Source of the DNA: Azolla caroliniana
Taxonomy: Eukaryota > Plantae > Polypodiophyta
Assembly (NCBI GenBank): GCA_043228905.1
Contig: JBHGNT010000015.1
Coordinates: forward strand, 3,410,001 to 3,474,000
Direction: 5' to 3'
DNA: 64,000 nt
Shown here: positions 25,265 through 40,000 of the stretch, in pieces
How the letters are laid out: each line of letters starts with the position of its first letter
Position numbering within the stretch: the stretch's first letter is position 1
Translations under genes and position numbers: made by a program
The notes under the pieces: model-generated
Database searches by the model: none
What the model was told of the DNA's origin: nothing
What the model saw: the letters and a program-made list of their open reading frames with translations, nothing else

Positions 25265-27857
25265 CTACGGTAAATTTTGACCACGGGATATTATATGGTC
25301 ACGCCCGTAACATACTCCCCCCCTCTTTAAAACATTGCACTCTTGCAATGGAAAGTTAGGGAAGTGAGTTCTGAGAGTATTTTTGCGTTCCCATGTGGCA
25401 TCTTTTATTGATTTATCCATCCATTTTATTTTAAATTCTCGGATTTCTTTAGTACGTAATGTTTTTGTTTTAAGATTGAGAATTCTCTCTAGTACATGTG
25501 GTTTAGAAGATAATTCTTCAGAAGTAACCAGAGTTTCAGTTGTAACTGTATTGTCGCTAGAACCTAGAAGTTCTTTTAGACGACTCACATGAAAAACTGG
25601 ATGAATTTCAACACCATCCGGAAGAGCGAGACGATAGGCTGATGACCCAATGCGTTTGAGGATTGTAAAAGGTTCACAAAACCATGGGGCTAACTTAGCG
25701 CACTTACCCTTAGACAATGTCTTAGAATTGTGAGGTACAAATAAAAATACCTTCTGTCCAAGGTTGAATACACGAGGTTGCCTATGATGATTGGCATAAA
25801 AACGCGCTCTATCTTGAACTGTTTTTATATTATCTCGTGCAATATGCAACATATCTTGCATATCCCGAAGAAAGTTTTGGGTACTTTGCAACTCATCATG
25901 ATGTATATTAACATCAATCGGGGCTCTTGGCTGAAAACCATACATCAACATAAAAGGACTATATCCCCTCTACGTATGCTTGGAGTTGTTATAAGCAAAC
26001 TCCAAAATTAGGAGATAACGTTCCCATTTTGTTGGTTTTGCACCAACATATGCGCGAAGCATGTCCTCAATAATTTGATTTACTCGTTCTGTCTATCCAT
26101 CGGATTGAGGATGATCCGTGGAACTCATGCTCAACGTAGTTTCTAACTTCTTAAAGACTTGCGTCTAGAAGTCACTAGTAAACTTTGGATCTCGATCACT
26201 CACGATATCCATCGGTAACCCATAAAAACGAAATAACTCGTCAACGAATTGGTAAGCCAATTCAGGAGTTGTTACCGTGGTTTTAGTAGCAATAAATCTG
26301 GCCATTTTAGTTAGTCTATCAACCACAACCCAGATGGCATCATGACCTTTTTGGGTGCGAGGAAAGTTAACAATAAAATCCATGGATATACTTTCCCACT
26401 TATTATTGGTAATGTCCAAGGGATGTAAAAGTCCTACGACTTTAAGTCGCTCGGCTTTCTTAACCTGACATTGGTGACATTTAGTCACATAGCTATGTAT
26501 GTCAGGACGCATCTTAGGCCAATAAAATTGAGTGGAGATGAGAACAAGTGTACAATGTATTCCAAGGTGCCCTGCTGAGGGTGCATCATGGCATTCAAAA
26601 AGAATTATCTTTTTGACCTCAGGCAAATCTGGAACACAAACCTTCCCATTACGGTAGAGCAGACCGTTAGCAATGTGGAAGTATTCCTTCGAGGATGTGG
26701 TGATGTCTGTTCCAGACTCAACTCTTGCCCAATATTTCGCAAAATAACTATCATCAGGATACTTTCCTCGAAGGTGATCATAAAGATTTGATGTTATTTC
26801 AGTGAAGCTAAGCATGTTAACTTCACGGATGCGACTTAGTGCATCAACGATAGTGTTCATGGAACCTTTACGATATGGTATGGAAAAATCAAAGTCCTGG
26901 ATGAGATCAGCCCATCGTGCCTTACGACCTTTTAGGTCTTGTTGGTCACAAAAATATTTCAAGGACTCGTGGTCCGTAGTTACCACAAAGCGATTTCCAT
27001 AAAGATAATGGTGCCATGTTTTGAGCGCATGTATAACTGCAAATAATTCCTTTTCTTGAACGGTATACCGACATTGAGCAGAATCAAGTTTCTTACTCTC
27101 GAATGTTATTGGTTTACCATCTTGATATAAGACAACACCTATAGCAGCAATATAGCTCAGGAGGCTACGAGACTTTAGGCCTTCATTCATGCGGGAGTAT
27201 AGAATATCACTTGCATCGGTTTCAACCTCAAAAGGTTTTGAAAGATCGGGTAAAAGAAGTGAAGGAGCCTTGCACACCAGGTCCTCGAGTTCCTTAAAGG
27301 CGAGGTCTAGTGCAGCATTCCAGACAATAGATTTTGTAGACTTATGTGTTTGACCTTTTAGAAGATTAGTAAACAGTGTCGTGAATTGGGAGTAATTACA
27401 AAAAGATTTTCGCAAAAACCCGACAAAACCAAGGAATGAACTTCTCGAATGTTCCAAAGAGTGGGCCAAAGCTTGATTTTCTCTATGCGAGAAGGATCAA
27501 TTTCAACTCGTTCGGTTATGAGATATCCAAGATAAGTAATTGATTTCTTGAAGAACTCACATTTTGAGATCTTCGCATAAAATTGTTTGTCACGCAATGT
27601 TTGTAAAACAAAGCGGACATGTTTAGCATGTTCTTGTAATGTATGGCTATAAACTAAAATATCATCCAAGAAAATAACGACAAATTTTCCAAGTTGTTCT
27701 CGGAAAATGTCATTCATTTCTTGTTGAAATGTAGCCGGAGCATTGGTCAAACCAAAAGGCACAACCAAAAACTCATAATGGCCATAGCGCGTACGAAATG
27801 CCGTTTTAGGAACATCGTCCTCACTTATACGAATTTGATCGTAGCCAGTACGGAGAT
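25265..27857 (-). pseudogene. pol: Chromovirus pol 3' part: RT C-terminal part, RNase H, integrase, chromodomain
   Basis: KTAFRTRYGHYEF..PFGLTNAP..FLDD; ETDASD; HDAPSAGHLG..CHQCQ; SMDFI..VSDRD; HPVFHVSRLK; chromodomain ERIL..KIKW....DATWE. Confidence 0.92.
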
Positions 27858-27912
27858 CGTAAAAACGAAGGTGCGGAAGCGTCAGACAAACCGGCTCAGC
27901 CAATAGCAACAA

Positions 27913-27948
<36 letters not shown>

Positions 27949-30900
27949 TATGAGGGAGAGACAAAGAATGAGCAGAACATTAAAAATCTATTACAAAACA
28001 ATAATAGTTCTCTCCAACTGTACAACATGCTTCAACAACACTATTTATACAAGTCCTAAGAGGACTGACAGAAGTATGGTGTACTTCAATGCTCACATGA
28101 GCATTTGCCACTAACTATGAGTCATTAACTACCTAGCAATCTAGGTTGCTACTAGGCTTTTGGTTACTGCTGGATCCGGCTAACCGGCTCCCCAGCTCAC
28201 CGGCTCACCGATCCGGCTCATCCTTCAGGGTGCCGATCCGACTTAGGCTTATTCAGCCAATCTGGATCCGGTTGAGCATGCCGCTCAACACTCCCCCTCA
28301 AGCTCCATGTCAACCGTTCCTTCCACCCAGCTCTTTCTGTCGTCACTCTGCCTCGCTTGCGCTCCTGGTCCGGTCCGGTCCCGTTTGCCATGACCCCTCT
28401 GGTTTTGCGCGTCTCGACCTCCTTGGTCGGCTTGTCTACTCAGTAGGCCCAATTCAGCTCCCTCGCCGCTGTGAGTTTGGTGCTTGTCGACCCGCCGGTT
28501 CCTTCGTGTTAGCATCGACTTCCGCTGCCTTCTCGTCTGCTTGGCCTTTAGTTGATCCGGATCTTCCGAATCTGTCTGTTGAACCGAATCGGTTGTCTCC
28601 GACTCGTTCCAGTTTCTTTGCCTTTTCCCGTTCTGCCCCTCAAGTGTGGCACGTCAAGATGTTGAAAACCAAGCATTTCGGTGAAGTGCTACAACTTGTC
28701 CGATCCGAGCGGTTTGGTGAAGATGTCGGCAACTTGCCGATCCGTATGAACATACAGAAGTTCGACCTCACCGCTCAGGACACGCTCACGCACGAAGTGG
28801 TAGTGCACTTCGATGTGCTTTGTGCGAGCATGGAATACGGGGTTCTTAGCGAGCTGCATGTTGGTTATGTTGTCGCAGTAGATTAGGATCGGGGTTGGCA
28901 CCTCGATCCGCAGGTCTTGCAGTAGTCGCCGAAGCCAAATGGCTTCACAGGTGGCAACGGTAGCGCCCCGATATTCAGCGTCAGTGCTCGAAAGGGCCAC
29001 TGTTGGCTGCTTTTTGCTACTCCACGCAACATCCGCGCTACCAAGGGAAAAGATATAGCTGGAGGTGGATCGACGACCCGATGCATCGCTGGCCCAGTCG
29101 GCATCAGTGTAGCCGACTAGCTCACATATTACAAAATTCGATGCACACACAGAAGGTGCTCCACGGTCGGCTTCTGCATATATTGGCTGATCATGTTGAT
29201 CGGATAACTGATGTCGGGCCGGGTGATTGTCAAATATATAAGCCTTCCGATGATTTGTCGGAACCGCTTCTCATCGCAGGCTGATCCAGAGTCGGGATGG
29301 AGCTTCTGGTTCCGATCCAGGGGTGTGGAGATCGGTCCGCATTCCGTCATGCCCAACTTGTACAACATATTCAACACATAGTGTCTTTGTGAGAGCAATA
29401 TTCCATCGGGGGTTCGAATCACCTCGATCCCAAGCAAATAGTGAAGGTCCCCCAAGTCCTTCATCTCAAATAGGTCTGACAATTGGGACTTGACTCGGCT
29501 GATTTCATCGAGTCTGGGTCTGGTGATGACTAGATCATCAAAATACAGCAAAATGCAAACTGAACCATCTAGACCTTGCCGGATGAACAACGAAGAGTTG
29601 GACTTGGAGGCCGCAAACCCCATCTTACGCAAGCAGTGCGTGATTTTCGCATTCCAAGCTCGGGGGGCTTGCTTCAGGCCATAAAGTGACTTCTTCAGCC
29701 GGCATACAACCGACTTGTTCATATTCGACTAGAAACCGGGGAGTTGGGTCGTAAAGACCTCTTGTTCAAGATCACCTTGAAGAAATGCATTCTTCACGTT
29801 CATCTGGTGAAGATGCCACCCCCTTGCCGCAACAACCGCCAACACCACACGAACCGTCGTCATCTTCGCTATTGGAGCGAAGGTCTCATCGTAGTCATTT
29901 CCATGGGTCTGCGCATATCCCTTCGCCACTAACTGGGCCTTGTACCGGTTAACCGAATTGTCGGTATTGTACTTTACCTTGTACACCCACTTACATCTGA
30001 TCGGTTTAAAGTGTCGGGTAGGGTCAACTAGGTCCCATGTGTCGTTGGCATCAAGTGCCCGCATTTCTTCCTCCATAGTGGCATGCCAATTTGTGTCCTT
30101 TGCCGCTTCTGCGTAGCTCTCCAGCTCACGCATTTCCGCCACCCTGATCATGTACGCATAGTGATGCGCCATGTACTCATTGTACCCATACTGTTTCACG
30201 AGGTTTTTTTTGCAGGAAGACCGACGTAACTTATCGTTACCCGGTTTCAGGCCCTTTTTGGTTGGTTCGGTCTTCGTTGCCGAAGATCCGCCTTCTTCTT
30301 TTTCGGAGTCGGATTTGCTCCGATCCGACTGAACGTTGCCGGTTTCGTATTTCGGCATCTTCTTCTTCCCCTTCTCTTTGCGCGTGAACCGTTTCCTTGG
30401 TTCCTTGTGTAGGGAGAGCACGGAAGAGTCTCCATTACTCGCTAGTTCCTCATCCGACTGGTCATCCTGACTCAGCTACTCATTCGGTCCACTTAACCGA
30501 AATGAGATCGGACTCTCTTCTAGAGTGCCGAGGTCTTCATCTTCCAACTAGACCGGTTCAGGCTCACTAGCCTCATCCTCCAGTATTGGGTCGGGCTCGG
30601 AAGTAGGAGCCGGTAAGGCATACCATGATGCCATCTCATCAAACTCAACATCCCGGCTAACTCGGACCTGCTTCGTCCGGGGGTTATAACACTTGTACCC
30701 CTTTTGCTCATGTGAGTAACCGACTAGGATGCATTTCTCCGACTTTGCATCCAACTTCCTCCGCTTTTCATCCGGCATATGCACATATGCAATGCTACCG
30801 AATATCCGAAGGTATCTCAAATTCGGCTTGCGCCCGAAATACAGCTCATGCACGGACACCTTGTCACCAATCCGGTTTTGGATATACACGGTCGTCTGGA

Positions 30901-33013
30901 CCGCCTCAGCCCAGTAGAAATGGGGCATGCTCTTCTCCTCCAGCATTGCCCTTGCCGCGTTGACAATCAACCGGTTCTTCCTTTCGGCCACACTGTTTTG
31001 CTCCGGTGTGTACCTGCAGCTGAATTCTTTCGGAATTTCGTTCTGTTGCAAATAATTGTTGAATTGGCTGGAAAAGTATTCTTTCCCGCCATCCGACCGC
31101 AAGCACTTGATCTTCCTCTCCGTTTCCTGTTCAACCAGTCTTTGCAGGTTCCGGAAACACTCGAAGACTTCGCTCTTCCTCTCAATGAGGTAGATCCATG
31201 TGTGACGGCTGTAGTTGTTGATGAAGGAGACGAAATATCGACTCCTGCCAAGACTAATGTTCTGTGTCGGTCCCCATACATCCGAATGAATAAGGTCGAT
31301 CTTGTTACGGCTACGGTTTCGTTCGGTAGGGAATGGAAGTCGGTGTTGCTTCACATATTTGGACCTTCCGTCCACTAAACTTCGGCAAACTGAAAACAAC
31401 TTGTTTCGATTGCAGGTCTTGAAGCCTCCGATAATTGACGTGGCCGATTCGCTTGGGCCAGAGATCGATATCTGATTCAATCTTTTGTCCTTTGGCGAAC
31501 CAAGCGGTGCCGACGTCATTGGTGTCGAGGATAAACATCCTCCCGTCTCTGCGCCCTTGCACAATGATTTGGCCCTTTTCCTCGATGAAGCACCCAAGAT
31601 GCGTAAACTGCACCTACATCCCCTGGTCGACAATCTGTCCAACAGACACCAAGCTCTTCGTGATAGTCGGAACATGTAATACATTCATTAGCTTCCCCCT
31701 CTGTCCAACGTGGCTCAAAGGAACTTCTCTGACATGCACGATTGGGTGAGGAGTGCGTCTCCGGTTTCGACGACGCCCGGTTGTTCCGGTTTCTCTAAGA
31801 AGGAGAACCACTCTTTCTGGCTCGTCATGTGATTCAATGCACCGGAATCAACGTACCACACTTCCTCCGATTTGGAAGTGGTCTTCTTCATCGAGTTAGC
31901 CTCGTGTTTCATCACCAAGGCTAGCCCTCTACTGGCTTATCCGGTTTTGGATCCTCCTGATCCTTCTACGTAGTGCGAGTATTGCCGGTTCTCTCTACCA
32001 GCCTTGCCAGATCCGGATCTATCCGAATCGGCGCGCTTCTTCCAACACTCGCTTTCTTTCTGGCCCTTTTTACCACAATACTAGCATTCTATGTCGGCCT
32101 TTGCTTGCCGGCCTCAGGTGCCACCTTGACTCGCCCTACTTGTTGAGGGTTCGGAACTACTGTCGGCACGTTCTTTGTGCCTTTGGTCTTGCACTTGCCG
32201 GCCACTACCATTGTGAGCTAACCCGCCTCGTTCACCACGCCCACGGGGCTGATCCGCCTCCGTGTATAGCATCCGGTTGTTGGTGGGTGCACTTGTTGAC
32301 GTACCGGCGTGGGTCTCCTCTACAAGGAGCGTCGACTGTAAGTCGAAAAATGACGGTGTATTCTCCCTTGTACATACTGTTGTTTGGAACACTCTGAACT
32401 TAGACGCTAGGCCCCCAAGACAGATGTGCACCATCTCATCTTCCTCTACAGTGACGTTGATAGAGGCAAGTGAGTCACAGATCTCTTTGATTCGGGCCGT
32501 GTAATCGGCTACCGACATGTCCTTCTATCAGATATTGCTCAACTCCTGTCGGAGTTGCAACTTCCGGGTCGTAGTGCTTGCCGCAAAAACCTTCTTCAGG
32601 TTTCCCCAAGCTTCTTTGGGCATCTTGGCATCTCGGACATGGCTCAGCAGCTGGTCTCTGACACTAGACACAAAGCAGTACATCACTCTGCTTGCCGCTT
32701 GTTCCACACTGGGAAGTCCTTGTGTGCCACATCAGGTGTTGTGTCGTTAGCTCCATCGACATAGCTCCAGTAACCATGCCCAAGCAGGTACTGGTGCATC
32801 TTGTATGACCAAGATGCGTAGTTGGATCTGTCGAGCTTCTCCACCGAGAGCGAGCTAGCCATTCCTCTGTCCATCACTTCTATTTCTGTTCTTACCGGGT
32901 CTTAGGGTTTGTCTTTAGATGTTGATGTCGGTTGCAGAGGTTCTCAACCCTCACGCTCTGATACCATGTAAAAACGAAGGTGCGGAAGCGTCCGACAAAC
33001 CAGCTCAGCCAAT

Positions 33014-33050
<37 letters not shown>

Positions 33051-33392
33051 CAGAGTGTACGAGGGAGAGACAAAGAATGAGTAGAACATTAAAAATCTAT
33101 TACAAAACAATAATAGTTCTCTCCAACTGTACAACATGCTTCAACAAGACTATTTATACAAGTCCTAAGAGGACTGACAGAAGTACAGTGTACTTCAATG
33201 CTCACATGAGCGTCTAACACTAACTACGAGTCATTAACTACCTAACAGTCTAGGCTGCTACTAGGCTTCCGGTTACTGCTGAATCCGGCTAACCGGCTCC
33301 CCAGCTCATCGGCTCATCGATCCAGCTCATCCTTCTAGGTGGGCTCAAGCTTATTCAACTGATCCAGATCCGGTTGAGCTTTCCACTCAACA
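27858..33392 (-). mobile_element. Full-length degenerate Ty1/Copia inserted in the chromovirus RT
   Basis: LTRs at 27858-28290 and 32967-33392 and a 5-bp TSD GAGAT (27853-27857 / 33393-33397). PBS TGGTATCAGAGC (tRNA-iMet) at 32955-32966 and PPT at 28291-28300. The host RT reads YFTKLDL|RTGYDQ across the insertion. Confidence 0.95.
28689..32877 (-). pseudogene. pol: Copia gag-PR-INT-RT-RH, fragmented
   Basis: gag 32114-32877, PR WYVDSGA (31715-31918), INT LIHSDVW..LRSDGG..PEQN (30548-31684), RT SLYGLKQAPR..YFDD (29129-30421), RH DADWA..TKHIEVHYH (28689-29150). Confidence 0.92.
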
Positions 33393-33397
33393 GAGAT

Positions 33398-35413
33398 CAA
33401 GTTTCGTAAAATACCGAGCTCCTGGAGATGGCCAATTAGATCGTTAGCCCGGGGCAATGGATACGAATTCGTGATCGTCAGTTTATTCAAGCGTCAGTAA
33501 TTAATACACATACGCCATGTGCCCTCTTTCTTTTTAAGCAAGAGAACTGGTGCACCCCATGGAGATTTACTATAACATATATAACCCATTCATAAATAGT
33601 GCTTGAGTTGTTTAGATACCTCATCCTCTTCAGTTCGACTTAAGCGATAAGGAGGTATACTTATTGGTGCAACACCAAGTACAATATTTATACGATGGTC
33701 TATATTACGTTTAGGAGGTAACCCATCTGGTAGTTCACTTGGAAAAACATCACGAAAATCATTTAAGATTTCATCAAGTTGTTGTTGTTCAAAATATGTT
33801 AATTGAACCGAGACATTATCGATATTGTAAACGTGAATGTCTGGATCAAGTACACAATAAAATAGAGTAGAACAAGACAACTCGGATATTGATGGAGAGG
33901 AAACAATCGAGAGGGATTGTTTTTTTTGACACATTGAATAAAATGAGTACAATTGTTCAGTACAAATGTAATTGAATGATGAACCCAATCAATAGATAAA
34001 GAAGAGCTTTTATTATAGAACCAGGGATAACCTAGTATTACATCAATGGTACAAAGATTCATTACATGGAAGTCTACTTCCTCTATATAAGTATCAATAG
34101 AAATTCCTAATGAATGAATCGCCCCGTTGATGTATTGTACTCTTCCATCAACCAAGTGCACTGTATAGGTGTGATCACTTACGGTGGGTTGGATTCCCCA
34201 TATCTGAACCAAACGATCATTCACAAAATTGTGTGAGCTTCCCGAATCAAATAAAAATTGTACGGGAGATCCATTGATATACCCGTTTGCACGTAGTAAA
34301 TCATTGGGACCCAATAAATAGTGAGGGATAGAACATTGACAATTACTTAAATGATGTGTATAAACCTGAAGGACATTAGGAATCTAACATTTATGGTCTA
34401 CAGCTTTAGCTTTACTGTCGTGCTCTTTCTGTTGGAGCTTTCGACATTGTTCTTTTGTATGACCCTTCTTTTTGCAGAATACGCAAAAAGGATGTTGTTG
34501 CTTACAATCGCAATCCATGAATTCGTTGGGTGTCTTGCATTTCCCAGCGAATTGCGACTGCTTAGTCCTGGGTGCTTCGTTGGGCTTGTTGTGGTCCTTC
34601 TTCGAAGTGTGTTGATAGCGAAGAACTATTTCAATGGCCTCTTTGAAGGATTTTGGATCCTTATCATGCATTATCCAGTGATAGTCCGAATTGGGGATGC
34701 CATTGACAAAACAAGCTATTAACCAATTGTCCCCTTCTAGACCCGACTTTTGGATTTGGGTTCTAGCATGGTGGACATAGTCTTCTAGCGAGAAAACTTC
34801 CTGCTAGACAGGTCCATTAAAGCTTAAGTTGCCTCGGTTCGAGAGGGAGTTTGTAGAAATTGGCCCTTAAAAACTGTGACAAAATCTGTCCCCAAAGTAT
34901 TGGGCAATTTCCCCAGAGTACGGAGCCCACGCCACCAGGCGGCGGCCTTACCCCCTAGTTCTCGGCCGACATATGCAATCTTCGTACTATCTGGCGTGGG
35001 ATAGAGCTCAAAATGAGACTGCCATCGGCCCAACCACGTGCAGATTGCTTCTTCGGTTCTTTCCTTTTTTTCTCCCGTAAATGGCTTAACGACAAACGAT
35101 GGCTCACCCTGTTGCTCATCAGATCTATTGTCTCACGTTGTAAACTAATGACACGTGCCTCGAGAGCACTTTGAGATTGCCGAAGTTCAGTCATCTGTTG
35201 AGCAGTGAAACTAAGGTATTGGGTTATTTGCGAAAAATACATCTCAATGGACATTTGTCCTAGAGGATTTCCTTGAGTTCCTTCCGCTTGAGCAGATGAC
35301 ATCGGGTCGTTATTTTGAGCCATTGAATGGTTATTTCTGGCAAAGAAATAGGATATGGTCAGACAAATAGTCATAACATCATCTCGTGATGTAAACATAT
35401 CATGGGCAAACAT
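33398..35413 (-). pseudogene. gag: Chromovirus gag, protease and RT N-terminus
   Basis: gag at 34384-35413 (AAAWW; CVFCKKKGHTKEQC), PR LFDSGSSHNF (33799-34314), RT start DVFPSELPDGLPPKRNIDH. Confidence 0.88.
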
Positions 35414-37064
35414 TAATCGATATCATGATCTCACATCAATACCCCTCTAGACGTATGAGATGAGGTTCAAGATCAGGTTACTATGGTAACACAAAGTGTT
35501 TTAAAAACCATGGGGGTGACAAAGAAATGTCTTTCCCTGATCTCTATATCGATTTTTTCATGGCAGCCCCCCGAGGCTCAACCATGTATGTTCGCGTCAT
35601 GAGTAGTTTATACACAAAAAAAATGTGAACAATAAACTATGTTTTTGTGCCCACATATGTGGTTTCGGCTCTTTAAGTCCTATTATGAGGACCCCGAAAT
35701 GCACTTAGACCTCAAGTCTAAATATGTGCTATAGTGATATGTATCAACGATGTTGTATGGTCTTGGTCATATTTAAACTCGAGACCTCGAGAACAATTGC
35801 ATTAAACACTTGAGCCAACCAAGTAGGTTGCTCTTCTTGAATGTTTAATGTTTCATGCGTATAAGAGATATGCGAGGCATTTGCCCATATATGTTGTTTT
35901 AAAAGAAACATATATATCAAGAGTCCTTATTTCCCCCTCGTTTACTACAAAATATGTTGGTATGTTACCTAACCTCAAGTCTCGTAATTACGATGGCATA
36001 CGCCAAAGTGCAACCTAATGGTCAAGCCAAATGAGCCCTCTTTTTGTAGTAGGCCCACATGACCCATCACATGGTTACGTCATTACGAATGCCTCTCGTA
36101 AGAATGATCTCATGGTGGCATCGTATCCATGTAACGAGGGAGGGATGTTGGATATGTGTGTCATAGGAGCAACCTCACATGAAGTGGGTCAAGCCCTACG
36201 TTCTCAACATCATTGTGGCTATAGACATTTCCTTACGTAATAAAATCGAAGTCACCAACGGGAATGTCAACAATAAAAAATTGTTGTAAAAAGGGATGGT
36301 GACAACGCCATTCTCACAAAAATGTGAGGATGGCCACCAAGATTCTTTCCCCGAAAATGAAAACATTCGATATAAAGATCACGTAATATCAAATATACAC
36401 ATATGTTTATTTATCACAGATATACGATCAAATACATATACACATGACCACATATGCGAATATTAAAAAAAATCATAACATCAAATAGCCAACATATGAT
36501 GAAATCGAGACACGTAATTGAGGCAAGTAGCCTCTACGCACACGAAACATCCAAAAATAAGGGTTAATTGTAATACGCAATTGAGGTATTGACCTCATAC
36601 GTTGTCGCGTTATTACGCGTGTGCGTGTAGAAAGGCCGGGACACGGGGGTCTCGGATGAGGGAGGAAGGGGTGCCGAGAAAACCGACTCTGGACACGTCC
36701 CAGAGGCAACCGAACACGAGAGAGAGAGAGAGAGAAGAGAGAGAGCATGCACGCGACACCGACCCTTATGCACAAGAAACAAGGGGCTATGCTCCCGACA
36801 CCACCAAATGCACCAATATGCATGAACAGATATGAGTATATATATTACAAGGGAAAAATACAACCCTAGCTTCGAGCCAGACCAAGGTAGGTTAGGTTAC
36901 AACAACAGTCTGTTGCCGTAGTCCCGACCTCCGTGTCGGCCTCTTCTGTTGGTCACGTTTACCTGCCGCCACCGATCTCTCCTATAAGACTCACGCCAGC
37001 ACTTGGGCCTGTTACCCCGTACGAGATGTACGGAGAGTCAAGTGTGATGAGCGAGGGTCGAATG

Positions 37065-40000
37065 TGTTGGGATTACGGTCCCTTCGGATGGGATGGTCGG
37101 ATGTCGGAGATGAATGCCGACGAGCCCGGTTTCGGTTTCGGAACCGGATGATGAAGACCCCGGCTTCGGAGCCGGATGACGAATGTACCCGGAGAGAGAT
37201 CCGGATGCGAGGACATATCCGTGAATATGTTTGCTAAGGGCCCTTGAGGCTATAGTTGTAAATAGCCCCAAAGTCATATGTGTATAAATATGACTTAGGG
37301 CAAACAGTTTTAATGTTGCTACTCATTTTTTCTGTTTTTCCACTCAAGAGGAGTGAAGAGAGAGCAGCCGTGAGAGAGATAGAGCGTGAGAGAGGAAGAG
37401 GTCGACGCCTCTGTGTATTTCCGCCGCCTGTGGCGAGGACAGCGAGCTCAAGGTCGTCGCCTTGTAGCTCGCCATTGTACACTTCTCTGTGCATAGTTTT
37501 GGTTCGGAGTCTTGTACTCCCGTGGTTTTTCCCGTATAGGGTTTTCCACGTTAATCGCTGTGTATTTGTGTTCTTTCTCTGTGGTTCCTATTTTCTGCTG
37601 CATTGATTCGTGCTTACTCGGTTGTGGCCGAGTGGTGAAGGGCAATCAGAGCGTCGATTGTCCCTACAAACTGGTATCAGAGCGAGTTGCTGCAGAAAAT
37701 GGAAGGCGGCGGCAGCGGGCAGCCGGGGATGATGGTGCTGAATGCGCAGAATTACGCCGACTGGAAGATCAAGATGGAGGATCTTCTGATTGTTCGGGAC
37801 CTGTACGAACCGATTGACAGGTCGGAAATACCGAAGGGGGTACTTGAGTCGGAATGGAGGCTTCTGAACCGGAAAGCCGTTGAAACCATTCGGCAATACG
37901 TAGACGTGAGCGTTCTACAACATGTGGCGAACGACACCAACGCATATGAGATGTGGCGGAAGCTGTCGGGCCTCTATGAGAGGAAGAATGCGTTGAACCG
38001 GACCTCCCTGATGAGGAAGATAGTGAACCTCAAGTACCGGGACGGCGAGAGTATGGTGGAACACGTAAGCACGTTCATGGGATTCGTGAACCAGCTTGCG
38101 GCGATCAAGTTCCCGCTGGAGGATGCAATGCAAGCCATCATTCTGATGTGTACATTGCCGGAAAGCTGGGAGAACTTGGTGGTGACTCTCAGCACCTCCT
38201 GCACCGAAGATAACTTGTCCCTACAAACGGTAAAGACAAGTATTTTGAACGAAGAAGCGCGTCGGAGAGATAAAGAACCGGCCTCCGATCCGAAGATGTT
38301 GTTTACCGAATCGGATTGGGGAAGACAATGGAACCGGAGTCCGCAAAGACGGGAGAAGTCGGGGACCCGGTCGCAGTCAAGAGGAAGGCCCACATGCTTC
38401 CACTGTGGGAAGCCGGGGCACTTCCGAAAGAATTGTCGGCATTACCGAAAAGACAACGGAGCCGACGACACCGATTCGAAGAAGTCTTCGGAACGGAACG
38501 GTGCTTACCGGGGAGCCACGGACCGGAATGGTTCGGATCGGCGAGGGCAGGACCGGAAAGGAACGACGGCACTCACGGCAAGTGAAGAGGAGATCATGCT
38601 CATCACTGAAGAAGGTGAACTAAACATTGTCGGCGATGAGACTACCTGGGTGGTCGATTCCGGAGCGTCGTTGCACCTGACCCCGGAAAGAAGATACTTC
38701 TCATCCTACACAGCCGGTGAGCATGGCTGTGTTCGGATGGGAAATGAAGGTACGTGCCGGATTGCCGGCATAGGAGACGTGTGGTTGACAACCCCGACCG
38801 GATGCAAAATGCTGCTGAAGGATGTCCGACACGTTCCGGAGGTTCGATTGAACCTGATTTCGGCCGGGAGGCTAGACGATGAAGGCTACACAGGTAGCAT
38901 CCGGAACGGCGTAATGAAGTTCAGCAAGGGAAGCCTGATAGTGGCTCGGGCCCGGAAAGTCAACACACTGTACCTTATGAATGCCTGGTTGTGTCCGGAA
39001 GAGTTGAACGTCGCAGCCGACACTGCCGGTGAGCTGTGGCACAAGAGACTGTGCCACATGAGTGAGAAGGGGATGAAGAGGCTTGCAGAAGACAACCTTA
39101 TTCCAGTGAAGCATGTGCACCTGGAGAAGTGCACCGATTGCCTGGCCGGTAAGCAGAACCGAACCTCCTTCCACTCAAGGCCACCGACGAGACGTAGCGC
39201 ACCATTGGAGTTGGTGCACACTGATGTGTGCCAGGTAGAAACGAAGTCACATGGCGGAGCCCAGTACTTCGTAACATTCATAGATGATCATAGCCGAAGA
39301 CTGTGGACGGCACCGATGAAGACAAAGGACCAAGTGTTGTCCGTCTTCAAAGAACTCCACGCAAGAGTGGAAAGGGAATCCGGCAAGAAGCTGAAAGCGA
39401 TACGAGCGGATAACGGAGGGGAATACCGGGGGCAGTTCGCGGAGTACTGTCGCTCGAAGGGAATCCGGCTCGAGTTTACTGTGCCGAAGACGCCGGAACT
39501 AAACGGGCTGGCTGAGAGGATGAACCGGACCATAATGGAGAGGGTCCGGAGTATGCTGGCGCATGCGGAATTACCCAAGGGGTTTTGGGCTGAGGCGATG
39601 TCGACGGCGACATACGTGATAAACAGATCTCCCTCAGTACCTTTGGACGGAGACACGCCGCAGAGAGTGTGGACCGGTAGGGAAGTATCCTACCGGCATC
39701 TGAAGGTGTTCGGGTGTCTCGCATACGTGCATGTGGCAAAGGACCGGAGAGGAAAGCTAGATCCAAAGACCCGGCCATGCATATTCCTCGGTTACGGCGA
39801 CGACGAGTTCGGCTACCGAGTATGGGACCCGGTCGACAAGAAGATATTCAGGAGTCGAGATATCATCTTCATGGAGAACAAGACACTCGCCGACTGGGAG
39901 TCGGAGAAGAAGATGAAGAGCTCCAAGTCGACCGGTGAGGATCAACTCTACGAGGAGCAGTCCCGACCGGCAAGGGACCGGTTAGCACTCGAGGATCCGG

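Noticed and set aside
35765-35820. Third tRNA-like A/B-box pair on the minus strand in the chromovirus leader
   Set aside because: The B box is poor (GAGTTTAAAT) and there are no convincing stems.
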